Source: Alphaproteobacteria bacterium (lineage in GTDB: Bacteria; Pseudomonadota; Alphaproteobacteria; MPNO01; UBA830). Taken from it: a DNA stretch of 64,000 nt. Where the stretch lies: NCBI GenBank assembly GCA_964291215.2, contig OZ219791.1, positions 2,656,001 to 2,720,000 on the forward strand. Reading direction: 5' to 3'. Below the pieces are notes generated by a model that saw only the letters and a program-made list of their open reading frames with translations, did not search any database and was not told where the DNA came from. Below, piece by piece: positions 1 through 10,776 of this stretch (position 1 is the first letter of the stretch; the number at the start of each line of letters is the position of its first letter). The position numbers and the translations under genes are program-made.

Positions 1-286
1 AAGCGCAACTCCTCACAGCGACCCTCCGCAGCCTTCGTGCGGGCATCCGCAGCCTCGGTTCGAATACGCTCGCGATCGTACAGGGACTTCCTGGTGACCG
101 AATCACAACACGACGACTGCGGCACGTCGCCAGCGGCGTCCGCACCCGATGATGACATGAAATCCTCGATGCACATGACCATGCACGACCTGATGGCACC
201 GCCAAAAAAAATTACCGGCCCCCTTCTCCGAATCACCAAAATAAACCTCGGCGCAGATCGTCGTCACCGCGTGAACGAACGCTTAC
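1..286 (-). mobile_element. IS66-family element, left end and transposase 5' part (truncated by window edge)
   Basis: Ends in GTAAGCGTTCGTTCACGCGGTGA on the minus strand (IS66-type GTAA terminus); clearly homologous to 63541-63797. Confidence 0.8.
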
Positions 287-287
287 C

Positions 288-412
288 TATGACAACTCCA
301 GTGCAAGAAAGCCAGCGAAAACTGTAAAAAATCTCCTCGCACCAACCCGCGCCCCCGCAAAACCCAAGTGCTGCCTTGAAAAGTCAAACAGAATTTAGCG
401 TGAGACCCTCTG
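288..412 (-). mobile_element. Left-end stub of an ISAs1/DUF4338 element, abutting the IS66 end
   Basis: Close reverse-complement match to 55017-55140 (GAATTTAGCG...AAAACTGTAAAAAATCT). Confidence 0.75.
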
Positions 413-422
413 CGGCCCTATC

Positions 423-614
423 CAAGACTTTCCCACGCTGCGTTCAATCTTGCCGACTGGCGGTGAACGGAGGTTGCACAGACCAACCCCGCTGAATTTT
501 CTAGCTGCGACGACCCGCAGACAGCCCCGTAGCCAGAAAACCCGACATGATGCGAAAATTTGTGCCCCGTTCCGCGGTCATTCAAAACACCAGCCACAGC
601 GTGGGAAAGTCCTG
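423..614. mobile_element. MITE-like non-autonomous ISAs1-related element (192 bp)
   Basis: 18-bp TIRs CAAGACTTTCCCACGCTG / CAGCGTGGGAAAGTCCTG (1 mismatch); exact 10-bp TSD CGGCCCTATC at 413-422 and 615-624; no coding capacity. Confidence 0.85.
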
Positions 615-631
615 CGGCCCTATCTGTCGCC

Positions 632-2472
632 CACGGCGATCCCACGCTAGGTTTGTTGGAAGGGTCGGTTTTGCTTGTTCAGGATGATTCGCATTTTCGC
701 TGGCTTTTTGTGAAGCGGCGTAGTATCCGTTGTCGTGGGGGCAGCGGATTTTTTTGAGACGACTCCGGAGGGTTTTGAGCTCCGGGATGTGGTTGTGCGC
801 CTTGCGCGGCCTGATGTCGCTGGAACCGTGTTGTTGACCGTATCCTGGTTTCAAGCAGTTTGCCGGTCGAGGTCTGCGTGTTTACCTGGCGCGGGCGGTG
901 GATTGGTGCTGCGGGCTGGCAGACGGGCGCCCTCAGCTGCGCACCCGTTGGATTGGCTGGCGCCGCGAGGAACAGTTCAGGCGGTTGCCGGGAACAACAC
1001 GAGGTTTGTTGTTCTTGGTGGTCGTTTCCGGGCCTTGCCTCGTTTGTGTTGTCGCGGATGGTGCGGCGGCGACTGGGAGGCTGCCGTTGCTTGTTGCGGA
1101 GTCGTTTGTCTTGCCGACGAAGTTCAGCGGCACCATGTACAAGGCGGCGAACTGGGAGTGCGTTGGCAGGAGCTATGCGCGCGCCAGCGGGCGCTATACC
1201 GACCGGGGAGGCGAAGGATCTTTACGTGTTTCCGCTGCGTCGCGACGTCGGCTGCGGGATCGTTCGCCGCTTCCTGTGGCGTGGGAGTTGCGGGGGCCGC
1301 AGAGCGACTTGTCGGCGCAGGAGTTGCGCTCGATTTATCAGCGGCGCTTTCCGGCGCGCGCAGGGGCACCGCATCGCCTCGGTGCTGTGCGTGATTTTGC
1401 TGGCTTGCGAACCGGCACGGTGCGGTTGCGGCGGCGCACTACGACGCAGAAGGAGCTGGAGCAGCATGGAAGAACAGGGACAAGCCGGTTTCCAAATCGA
1501 CCGTGCATCGGGTGCTGCAGAACACCGACCCGGGATGGATCGAGGATGCGGCGCGCAGCCGCGCCTGGAGGTCGGCAACGCGATTGCGGTCGACGGCAAG
1601 CGCATCCGCGGCCGCACCGGCGAGGATCATTACGAGACGGTCTCGCTGGCACGGGACCGGTATGCCGGTTTCGATCCTCAACTATCACGACGGGGAGATC
1701 GCTGCCGTCCACGCCGCGACGGCACCGGTTGCCGGCCGGCTGCTCACCCTCGACGCGCTCCACACCACCAGCGAGGCTGATCATCGAGACCCATCGCGCG
1801 GACTGATGGTCAAGGGCAACGCACCTTCGAGAGAGCATCAACTGGAAGACCGCCAGCGCTACAACGAAAAGCCCGCGCATGGCCGCCAGCGCACCATCTT
1901 CACCCCGCTGGCGAAGATGATCAACTAGTCAAGCAGATCTTCCGCGTCACCCGACGCGTCGAATTCAAGAAATCCGGAAAACGGACAACCGAATACGCCA
2001 TGACCTCGGCCGAACGCGCCTCGCCGCAACAGCTGCTCGCATGGAATCGCGGACACTGGGTAGTCGAGAGCCACCATCATGTCCGCGATGCCACCTTCCG
2101 CGAAGACGACTCCATGCTTCGAACGCGCCCGCAAACAACGCGATCACCCTCGCCGTCATCATCCGCAACAAACGCAAGCTGCCCAAACCCTTCAACAGCT
2201 TCGTCGACGCCCGCCACCACTATGCCGACAAGCGCAAGCAGGTCCTGCACGCAATCACAAGACCAGGCTGACCGCGCCTCTCTCCCCGACAGAAACTGCA
2301 AGCTTTCGAGCCCGGCAACCAAGGCCTCTCGCTCGCCCCGGATACGCCGACCAATCGCGCCCCGCGCCGCAACAGCGCGTCAGCAATCTCAAAATCGCAG
2401 CCTCGAACGCGTCGACCCGCGCCACGATCAGGACTCCGATTACATCACATCAACAAGCATGGGATCACCTTG
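632..2472 (+). mobile_element. Decayed ISAs1-family element encoding DUF4338 (DruA-like) plus ISAs1 transposase
   Basis: Imperfect TIRs CACGGCGATCCCACGCT / AGCATGGGATCACCTTG; 10-bp TSD ATCTGTCGCC at 622-631 and 2473-2482; DUF4338 motifs (GNNTRF, LVAESFV, GTMYKAANW, KDLYVFPL) then ISAs1 motifs (AVDGKRIRG, TLDALHT, VKGN, RGHWVVES, RDATFRED) across many frameshifts. Confidence 0.85.
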
Positions 2473-2608
2473 ATCTGTCGCCCCTTGCTCATGGACAGGT
2501 AGGCGGATAGCGTGGCCGTGCGTTCGATGCGGCTGTTCCGGGACGGCCTCGGCAAGGAAGGTTCCGCGCGCCCCGCCGCAGGTGCCGGCGCCGCGAAAGG
2601 AGAGACCG

Positions 2609-4161
2609 ATGACCCGCCGCCGTCTTCCGATCGGGATCCAGGACTTTCCGACGATCCGGAGCGAGGACTTCTACTATGTAGACAAGACGTCGCTCGTCCG
2701 CAAGCTGGTGGACGAGGGGCGTCACTATTTCCTGTCCCGTCCGCGCCGCTTCGGCAAGAGCCTGCTGCTCGACACGCTGGGATCGCTGTTTGCCTGTCAC
2801 GAACCGCTGTTCCGGGGACTGGACATCCACCCCCACTGGGACTGGTCGGCGCCGCGGTGCGGCTGAGCTTCGACGGGAAGTACAACGAACCCGGGGACAT
2901 CGAGCGCAACATCCTCAACCAGTTGGCGATCATCGAACATCGCGCCGGCCTCGACAAGGTACCGGCCGCGAGCACGGGTCCGGAGCGTTTGCAGAATGTC
3001 CTCTATTACCTGCGTTGCGCCACCGGGCGGCAGGTGGTGGTGCTGGTGGACGAGTACGACAAGCCGATCCTCGACATGCTCCACGATCCCGAGCTCGCGA
3101 CGGCCAATCGGGACTACCTGCGCGGCTTCTACGGTATCGTCAAGGGCAGCGCCGAACATGTCCGTTTCGTCTTCGTCACCGGCGTCAGCATGTTCTCCAA
3201 GGTCAGCCTGTTCTCGGGTCTCAACAATCTGAAGGACATCAGCCTCGACCCGCGCTTTGCCACGATCTGCGGCTACCGCGAGAAGGATCTGGACCGGGTG
3301 TTCGGCTCCGAACTGGCCGGGTTGGACCGCGAGGAGATTCGCACCTGGTACAACGGCTACCACTGGCGGGGCGGGGAACGGGTCTACAATCCCTACGATG
3401 TGCTCCTGCTGCTCGACAGCCGCGAGTTCCGCCCCTACTGGTTCGGGACCGGATCGCCGGACTTCCTGTTCCGGACGCTGATGGAGAAGTCGGTGAGCCC
3501 GATGGAACTGGAGGGGCGGCTGGCGGACATGTCTCTGGTCTCGAAGTTCGATGTCGGCGACATCGACATCGAGGCGCTGCTCTTCCAGACCGGCTACCTG
3601 ACCATCGCCGGGGAAGAGCAGGATGACTTCGACGCCCTCTACCGTCTGGACTATCCCAACCTCGAGGTCCGGATCAGCCTGAACCGCGGACTGCTCGCCT
3701 GGCTGGGCAAGAAGGGGGCCGAGCCGCTGGAGAGGGGGCGGGAACTCTGCGCGCTGCTGGAGGCGAACGACTTCGCGGGCTTCGGCGAGAAACTCCGCGC
3801 CTGGCTCGCGGGCATTCCCTACCAGTGGCATGCCAGGGGCGACCTGGCGCGCTACGAGGCCTGGTATGCGAGCCTTCTCTACATGTGCCTGCGCGCGGTG
3901 GACCTCGGCGTGGAGGAGGCCTCGCATCGCGGCCGTGCGGACATGGTGGTGCGTCTCGGCGGGCAGGTCTTCGTGCTGGAGTTCAAGATGGCCGACGGCG
4001 AGGAGGACGGCGCCGCCGCGCTGGATGCGGCGATGGCGCAGATGCGCGAGCGGGGCTATGCGGAGACCTGGCGCGACCACGACGGCCCGGTCCACCTGAT
4101 CGGCTTGGCCTGCGGGCGCGAGGCGCGCAACCTTCTCGATATCCGCGCCGAGGCCGCGTGA
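2609..4161 (+). pseudogene. AAA-ATPase-like plus C-terminal PD-(D/E)XK nuclease protein, frameshifted near 2850
   Basis: LPIGIQDF, YYVDKT, LSRPRRFGKS in one frame; LVDEYDKP, WYNGY, GRADM, VLEFK in another; RBS AAGGAG before ATG 2609. Confidence 0.85.
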
Positions 4162-4763
4162 GCGGCGCCTGCGAACGCCTGCCCGACACCACGAAACGCC
4201 CCATCCCGGATCCCTGCACCGAACCGCTCCCGGCCGGTGCGGCCGTCCCGTGCGTCACGGTTTCACCACGCCGCTCGAGGCCTTTCAACCGGACACCGTA
4301 AACCCGTGCCCGCGCGGAAATGATTGTCTTGACCGACCCTCCGGCGGAACTTCGGGTTCGATCGGCCCTCGGTTTCCGGCAGAAGTCCTGCTCATTCGCG
4401 GCGCTATCGGGGCTCCTCCAGCCGGGAATCCGCAAACGTGTTCCCGCTCCCGGGCGGGCTTCGCGGCTGAGGTCGATGGGAGCCGCCGCGGCGCATCATC
4501 GTTGGGCCCGGACCTGCCCGTGCAGCAGCAAGCCGACGTGGTGGACATTGAAGGCCACCATCCGCGCAAAGCCGTCCGCCCCACAAGACGAGCACCCGGT
4601 TCATTCCGCGTTGCTCTACCCCGACATCAAGCCGGCTCATTCAGGTGGTGATCCTCGCCATCCTTTCTGGTATTTGACTCGCTCCCTCCACCGTCTATGA
4701 CTGCGGATCCGCCGTCGGCTTGCCGCGGGAAGCGCGGGACGATCGGAAACGACAGGACAGAAC

Positions 4764-5705
4764 GTGACGCGCGCACTTTTATTTCCCGGGCAGGGTTCGC
4801 AGGCCGTAGGCATGGCCGCCGAGCTGATCTCCGCCTATCCTGCGGCCCGCCAGGTCGTCGAAGCGGTCGATGATGCGCTCGGCCGCAGCCTCTCGCGGCT
4901 GATCGCCGAGGGGCCGCAGGAGAAACTCACGCTGACCGAGAACGCCCAGCCTGCGCTGATGGCAATCAGCATGGCAGTGCTGCGCGTCCTCGAGACGGAG
5001 GGACCGCCGGATCTCGTGCGCCGCTGTGCCTTCGTCGCCGGGCATTCGCTTGGCGAATACACGGCGCTGACAGCGGTCGGGAGCCTGCAACTCGCCGCTT
5101 CGGCGCGGCTTCTGCGGGTACGCGGCGAGGCGATGCAGCGCGCGGTGCCGGCGGGGCAAGGCGCGATGGCGGCGCTTCTCGGCGCCGACGCCGGCCAGGC
5201 CCGCGAGATCGCCGAACTTGCCGCCGAGGGAGAGGTCTGCGAGATCGCCAACGACAACGCGCCCGGCCAGATTGTGCTTTCGGGCGCTACGGCCGCGATA
5301 GGAAGGGCGATCAACATTGCCAAGGGCCATGGAATCCGGAAGAGCGTCCGGTTGCCGGTCAGTGCTCCCTTTCATTGCCGGATGATGGCTTCCGCGGCCG
5401 AGGTCATGAAGACGGCGCTCTCCGAGACGCCGCCGACCCGTCCCGAGGTGCCGCTGATTGCCAACGTGACTGCGGCTCCGGTCGAGGATCCGGACGAGAT
5501 CCAGACGCTGCTCGTCGAACAGGTCACGGCGATGGTCCGCTGGCGCGAGAGCGTGCAGGCCATGCGGGCCGCGGGTGTCAACACGGTGATCGAGCTCGGC
5601 GCCGGAAAAGTGCTTTCCGGACTGGTCAGGCGTATCGATCGGGAGATGACGGTCCTCAATGCCGAGACTCCAGGCGACGTCGAGGCCGTTCTCGGGACAT
5701 TTTGA
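4764..5705 (+). CDS. fabD: Malonyl-CoA:ACP transacylase
   Basis: FPGQGSQ, GHSLGEY, SAPFHC motifs; fab synteny. Confidence 0.97.
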   Translation: MTRALLFPGQGSQAVGMAAELISAYPAARQVVEAVDDALGRSLSRLIAEGPQEKLTLTENAQPALMAISMAVLRVLETEGPPDLVRRCAFVAGHSLGEYTALTAVGSLQLAASARLLRVRGEAMQRAVPAGQGAMAALLGADAGQAREIAELAAEGEVCEIANDNAPGQIVLSGATAAIGRAINIAKGHGIRKSVRLPVSAPFHCRMMASAAEVMKTALSETPPTRPEVPLIANVTAAPVEDPDEIQTLLVEQVTAMVRWRESVQAMRAAGVNTVIELGAGKVLSGLVRRIDREMTVLNAETPGDVEAVLGTF

Positions 5706-5721
5706 ACGGAGGGGGAGGCCG

Positions 5722-6459
5722 ATGTTCAACCTTGCCGGCAGGCGCGCCCTGGTGACCGGTGCTTCAGGCGCCATCGGCGGCGCAATCTCGCGGATGCTGG
5801 GTGTCCAGGGGGCGGAACTCTGTCTTGCCGGCCGCAACCGGGATGCGCTTGATGCCGTGGCTGAGGATATCGGCGATGCAGCGCATGTGGTTGTCGCCGA
5901 CCTTTCGGATCCCGATTCGTCGGCCCGCCTGGTCGACAGTGCGCGCGACGCCATGGGCGGTGTCGACGTGCTCGTCAACAATGCCGGTTTTGCTCGCGAC
6001 AATCTCGGTGTGCGCATGAAGGACGAGGAGTGGCAGGAGGTGCTCGACGTGAATCTCACCGCCGCGTTCCGCCTGTCGCGCGCCGTGCTTCGCGACATGC
6101 TCAGGGCGCGGTGGGGCCGCATTATCAGCGTCACGTCGGTGGTCGGTGTAACCGGTAATCCCGGACAGGCCAATTACGCCGCCTCGAAGGCGGGCATCGC
6201 CGGCATGTCGAAGGCGCTGGCGGCGGAGGTCGCGGCGCGCGGCATCACCGTCAACTGCATCGCTCCGGGTTTCATCGACACGGCGATGACCGAGGCGATC
6301 ACCGGCGAACACCGTGAGAAGCTGATCGCCGGGATACCGGCCGGCCGTCTCGGCAGCCCCGAGGATGTCGGCGCCTGCGCCGTGTTCCTCGCCTCGGCGG
6401 AGGCGGCCTACGTGACCGGCCAAACCCTGCATATAAACGGCGGCATGATCATGGTATAG
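5722..6459 (+). CDS. fabG: 3-oxoacyl-ACP reductase
   Basis: [33 protein letters not shown]; RBS GGAGG before ATG 5722. Confidence 0.97.
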   Translation: MFNLAGRRALVTGASGAIGGAISRMLGVQGAELCLAGRNRDALDAVAEDIGDAAHVVVADLSDPDSSARLVDSARDAMGGVDVLVNNAGFARDNLGVRMKDEEWQEVLDVNLTAAFRLSRAVLRDMLRARWGRIISVTSVVGVTGNPGQANYAASKAGIAGMSKALAAEVAARGITVNCIAPGFIDTAMTEAITGEHREKLIAGIPAGRLGSPEDVGACAVFLASAEAAYVTGQTLHINGGMIMV

Positions 6460-6593
6460 AAGATTGCTGCGGACGCGGCATCCGTTCGCCACAGCGCCCG
6501 TCTGCCCGGCCGGTTCGGCCGTGGCACGGGGCAGGACCGAACCAGAACCGACCTGCCGCCCGGCGGAAACCGACAAACCTCAGGAAAGAGACA

Positions 6594-6830
6594 ATGAGCG
6601 ATACTGCAGAACGTGTGAAAAAGATTGTCGTCGAGCATCTCGGTGTGGACGAGAGCAAGGTAACGGACAATGCGAGTTTTGTTGATGATCTTGGGGCGGA
6701 CAGCCTCGACACGGTGGAACTGGTCATGGCGTTCGAGGAGGAGTTCGGCTGCGAGATTCCGGACGAGGCGGCCGAGAAGATCATCACCGTCAACGATGCC
6801 ATCGCCTTTGTCGAAGAGAACACGGACTAG
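6594..6830 (+). CDS. acpP: Acyl carrier protein
   Basis: [20 protein letters not shown] motif. Confidence 0.99.
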   Translation: MSDTAERVKKIVVEHLGVDESKVTDNASFVDDLGADSLDTVELVMAFEEEFGCEIPDEAAEKIITVNDAIAFVEENTD

Positions 6831-6899
6831 CCGGGACATGGGGCCGCGGCGCGGCTCCGGCGGCAGGGCGCGCTGGTCGTCGGGCGCAGGGCTACATCC

Positions 6900-8165
6900 A
6901 TGGAGCTGAGGCGGGTTGTCGTTACCGGCTTGGGGGCCGTGACTCCGTTGGGAGCCGGCGTCGACCATGCGTGGAAGCGCTTGCTTGACGGTGAGTCGGG
7001 AGCCGGACGGATCACCTTGTTCGACCCTTCGGACCTGTCCGTGACCATTGCCTGCGAGGTTCCGCGCGGTTCCGCACAGGGTGAGTTCAATGTCGACGAT
7101 GTGCTGCCGGTAAAGGAGCAGCGCAAGGTCGACGACTTCATCATCTACGCGCTCGCCGCGGCGGCGGAAGCAATCGCGGACGCGGGCTGGGAAGCCACGG
7201 ATGACGAGAAGGCTGAACGCACCGGTGTCATGATCGGCTCGGGGATCGGTGGGCTCGGCACGATTTCCGCGGCCGCGCTGGTGCTTGCAGAGCGGGGGCC
7301 GCGGCGCATCTCCCCGTTCTTCATCCCGTCGAGCCTGATCAACCTCGCCTCGGGCCATGTCTCCATCAGGTATGGCTTCAAGGGGCCAAACCATGCGCCG
7401 GTGACTGCTTGTTCAACGGGTGCGCACGCGATCGGCGACGCGTCGCGGCTGATCAGCTTCGGCGACGCCGATGTGATGGTTGCGGGTGGCTCCGAAGCCG
7501 CCATCTGCCGGCTCGGGGTCGCCGGGTTTGCTGCGGCCCGCGCGCTGTCGTCGCATTTCAACGACGAACCGCGGCGGGCCTCGCGTCCATGGGACCGCGA
7601 CCGCGACGGATTTGTGATGGGTGAGGGGGCTGGCGTCGTGGTGCTTGAGGAGTACGAGCACGCGAAAGCCCGTGGTGCCAGGATCTATGCCGAGGTCGCC
7701 GGCTACGGGCTCTCCGGGGACGCGCACCATGTGACTGCTCCGGCCGAGGATGGCAACGGTGGCTTCAGGTCGATGCGCAATGCGCTGCGCAACGCCGGCA
7801 TGGACGCCGGGGACATCGATTACGTGAACGCGCACGGCACCTCGACCCCGGTCGGGGACGAAATCGAACTCGGCGCCGTCAAGCGCCTTTTCGGCCGCCA
7901 TGTTGACGAGCTCTCGATGTCATCGACCAAGTCGGCGGTCGGACATCTCCTGGGCGCCGCTGGCGCCGTCGAAGCGATCTTCTCGATCAAGGCGATTCAG
8001 GACAATATGGTGCCGCCGACGCTCAATCTCGAAAATCCGCCGGCCGGCTGCGACATGGATCTGGTGCCGTTCGAGGCCAGGGAGCGCATGGTCCGGGCCG
8101 CGCTCTCGAATTCATTCGGTTTCGGCGGCACGAATGCAACGGTCATTTTCAGGGAAGTGTACTGA
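6900..8165 (+). CDS. fabF: Beta-ketoacyl-ACP synthase II
   Basis: TACSTG, NAHGTST, GHLLGAAG, SNSFGFGG motifs. Confidence 0.98.
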   Translation: MELRRVVVTGLGAVTPLGAGVDHAWKRLLDGESGAGRITLFDPSDLSVTIACEVPRGSAQGEFNVDDVLPVKEQRKVDDFIIYALAAAAEAIADAGWEATDDEKAERTGVMIGSGIGGLGTISAAALVLAERGPRRISPFFIPSSLINLASGHVSIRYGFKGPNHAPVTACSTGAHAIGDASRLISFGDADVMVAGGSEAAICRLGVAGFAAARALSSHFNDEPRRASRPWDRDRDGFVMGEGAGVVVLEEYEHAKARGARIYAEVAGYGLSGDAHHVTAPAEDGNGGFRSMRNALRNAGMDAGDIDYVNAHGTSTPVGDEIELGAVKRLFGRHVDELSMSSTKSAVGHLLGAAGAVEAIFSIKAIQDNMVPPTLNLENPPAGCDMDLVPFEARERMVRAALSNSFGFGGTNATVIFREVY

Positions 8166-8171
8166 GAGGAC

Positions 8172-9158
8172 ATGCGCCGCCTGACCGCCTTCCTCTGCCT
8201 CGCCCTCATCGCCGGCGCGGTGGCCGGTGGTTGGGCATGGCGGGCCTTCTTGCAGCCCGGGCCGCTTGAGACGCCGACCACGCTGATTATTCCGCGGGGT
8301 GCGGATCTCGGGACGATATCGCGGGCGCTGGAGGCGGCCGGAGTTATCGACAGCAGACTCGTCTTCATCGCCGGCGCCCGCGTTGCGGGCCTTGCCGGGC
8401 GGTTGCGTGCGGGCGAGTTCCTGTTTGCGCCGCGCATGGCGATGCGCGATGTGGCCATCCACATCGCGGAGGGCCGGATGGTGCAGCGTCGCCTGACCAT
8501 CCCCGAGGGGTTGACGACCGCGGAGGTTATCGCCGCGGTCAGGAGCGCCGGTGGTCTCAGAGGCGACACGGACGAGGACTTTCCGGAAGGGGCGCTGCTC
8601 CCCGAGACGTATTTCTTCTCTTATGGCGATACCCGGATGTCCATCCTCGACCGGATGGCTGCGGCCATGGACATGGCGTTGACGGAAGCCTGGCGCCGGC
8701 GCGGCGACAACATTGCCCTCCGCTCGCCGCGAGAGGCGCTGATACTCGCTTCCATCATCGAGAAGGAGACAGGCAACGCGGCCGAGCGCGCCCGCGTGTC
8801 GGCGGTGTTTCACAATCGGCTCCGGCGCCGCATGCCGCTGCAGTCGGACCCGACGGTAGCCTATGCGATCACTGGCGGCCGGCAGTCGCTCGGCCGGACA
8901 CTGACCCGCAAGGACCTGAAGTTTGCTTCTCCCTACAACACCTATTTCCACCGCGGCCTTCCGGCCGGACCGATTGCCAACCCTGGCCGCGCCGCGATCG
9001 AAGCGGCGGTCCGGCCCCTGCGCACCGACGAGCTCTATTTCGTTGCCGATGGCGAAGGCGGGCACAGGTTTGTGCGCACGCTAGAGGAGCACAACCGGAA
9101 CGTTGCGAAGCTGAGACGCATCCTCAGGAAAAGGGCGCAGGAGAAGGCAGATCAGTAG
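8172..9158 (+). CDS. mltG: Endolytic transglycosylase MltG
   Basis: N-terminal TM, TIPEG, LASIIEKET, LQSDPT, SPYNTY, GLPAGPI. Confidence 0.95.
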   Translation: MRRLTAFLCLALIAGAVAGGWAWRAFLQPGPLETPTTLIIPRGADLGTISRALEAAGVIDSRLVFIAGARVAGLAGRLRAGEFLFAPRMAMRDVAIHIAEGRMVQRRLTIPEGLTTAEVIAAVRSAGGLRGDTDEDFPEGALLPETYFFSYGDTRMSILDRMAAAMDMALTEAWRRRGDNIALRSPREALILASIIEKETGNAAERARVSAVFHNRLRRRMPLQSDPTVAYAITGGRQSLGRTLTRKDLKFASPYNTYFHRGLPAGPIANPGRAAIEAAVRPLRTDELYFVADGEGGHRFVRTLEEHNRNVAKLRRILRKRAQEKADQ

Positions 9159-9236
9159 CTGGCCGTCGGGTGCGACGACACGGCGTGCCTGCGCCGGCAG
9201 GCTGCATCATCGTGCGGAAACCGTTCGGGGCGTGAC

Positions 9237-10121
9237 ATGACGATCTGCAGCATGACGGGTTTTGCCCGGATCGAGGATTCCGCGCCGGCGTTCGACTGGG
9301 TCTGGGAGGCGCGCAGCGTGAACGCGCGGGGAATAGATTTCCGCTTCTCCCTGCCCGCGGGGCTGGATGTGATCGAACCCGAGATACGGAAGGTCGTGGC
9401 GGAGAGGTTCGCGCGCGGCAATTTCAGCATCACGCTCCGGGTCCGGAGCGCCCATACAGCCGTCCGTCACCAGATCAACCTGGAGATGCTGGAAGAGATG
9501 ATGCAACTGGTGGAGGCCTATCGCGGCGATGCCGACGGGGAGATCCGCATCGAGGCGCTGCTCGGTGTCCGCGGAGTCGTCGAGCCGTTTCCCGACGACG
9601 GAGACTGCGGAGATGTCAGCGACCGCAACGCCCGGATCGTCGACGGGTTCACGTGCCTTGTCGATGCCCTGTGCGACTCGAGACAGGAGGAGGGGACACA
9701 TCTGCAGCGGATCGCGGCCGGGCTTCTCGACGAAATCGCGCGGTTGACGGCCGAGGCTTCCCGTATCGCTCCGGTGCGGCTCGAGGAGCGGCACGCGGTG
9801 CTCCGCCAGCGTCTTGGCGAGTTGCTGTCCGGCGACTCGCAGATGCAGGAGGACCGCATCGCGCAGGAGGTTGCGCTGATCGTCGCGCGAGGAGACGTCC
9901 GCGAGGAAATCGACCGTCTGGACGCGCACGTCCAGGCCGCCTCTGCACTTGTCGACGGTGGCGGGACCGTGGGCCGGCGCCTCGATTTCCTGTGCCAGGA
10001 GATGAACCGCGAGGCGAACACGCTGTGTTCCAAGTCTTCAAGCCTCGAGCTGACGCAGACGGGGCTCGACCTCAAGCTCGCCATCGAACGGCTGCGCGAG
10101 CAGGTCCAGAACATCGAATGA
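9237..10121 (+). CDS. yicC: YicC/YloC family endoribonuclease
   Basis: SMTGFAR, RSVN, EEIDRL, GRRLDFLCQEMNREANT, REQVQNIE. Confidence 0.96.
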   Translation: MTICSMTGFARIEDSAPAFDWVWEARSVNARGIDFRFSLPAGLDVIEPEIRKVVAERFARGNFSITLRVRSAHTAVRHQINLEMLEEMMQLVEAYRGDADGEIRIEALLGVRGVVEPFPDDGDCGDVSDRNARIVDGFTCLVDALCDSRQEEGTHLQRIAAGLLDEIARLTAEASRIAPVRLEERHAVLRQRLGELLSGDSQMQEDRIAQEVALIVARGDVREEIDRLDAHVQAASALVDGGGTVGRRLDFLCQEMNREANTLCSKSSSLELTQTGLDLKLAIERLREQVQNIE

Positions 10122-10131
10122 GGTCGATACC

Positions 10132-10776
10132 GTGAAGGGCGCCGCCATCGTACGCCGCGGACTCCTGCTGGTGCTGTCGTCGCCATCGGGTGCCGGCAAG
10201 ACGACAATCGCGCGCGAACTGGTGGCGAGCGAGCCCGAGCTTTCGCTGTCGGTCTCTGTCACTACGCGTCCGCGACGGCCGGCCGAACGCGACGGGCAAG
10301 ACTATTTCTTTGTCGACGAGACCCGTTTCCGGCAGATGGCCGGCGCCGGAGAGCTTCTCGAGCATGCTGAGGTGTTCGGCCATCGGTACGGCACGCCCCG
10401 CGAACCCGTCGAAAGCGCGCTGCGCAACGGCAGGGATGTCCTGTTCGACATCGACTGGCAGGGGACCCAGCAGTTGCGGCGGGCGATGCGTGAGGACGTT
10501 GCAAGCGTCCTGATCTTGCCGCCGTCGACCGGCGAGCTGGTGTGCCGTCTCCGTCTGCGCGCCCAGGATCCGGAGGAGGTGGTGGCGGCGCGCATGGCCG
10601 AGGCCAGCGACGAGATCAGCCACTGGCCCGAATATGACTATGTGGTGGTCAATGACGAGCTCGGCGCGTGCGTCGGCAAGGTCCGGGCAATCCTGGTCGC
10701 GGAAAGTCTCCGGCGCGAGCGGCAGACCGGGCTGCCGGGGTTCGTGGAGCAGCTCGGCGCCGGGCGGGAGGCCTGA
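10132..10776 (+). CDS. gmk: Guanylate kinase
   Basis: SSPSGAGKT, SVTTRPRR, YGTP, DIDWQG. Confidence 0.97.
   Translation: MKGAAIVRRGLLLVLSSPSGAGKTTIARELVASEPELSLSVSVTTRPRRPAERDGQDYFFVDETRFRQMAGAGELLEHAEVFGHRYGTPREPVESALRNGRDVLFDIDWQGTQQLRRAMREDVASVLILPPSTGELVCRLRLRAQDPEEVVAARMAEASDEISHWPEYDYVVVNDELGACVGKVRAILVAESLRRERQTGLPGFVEQLGAGREA

Noticed and set aside
4779-10207. Long minus-strand ORFs over the fab-mltG-yicC cluster
   Set aside because: Shadow frames of well-conserved plus-strand genes
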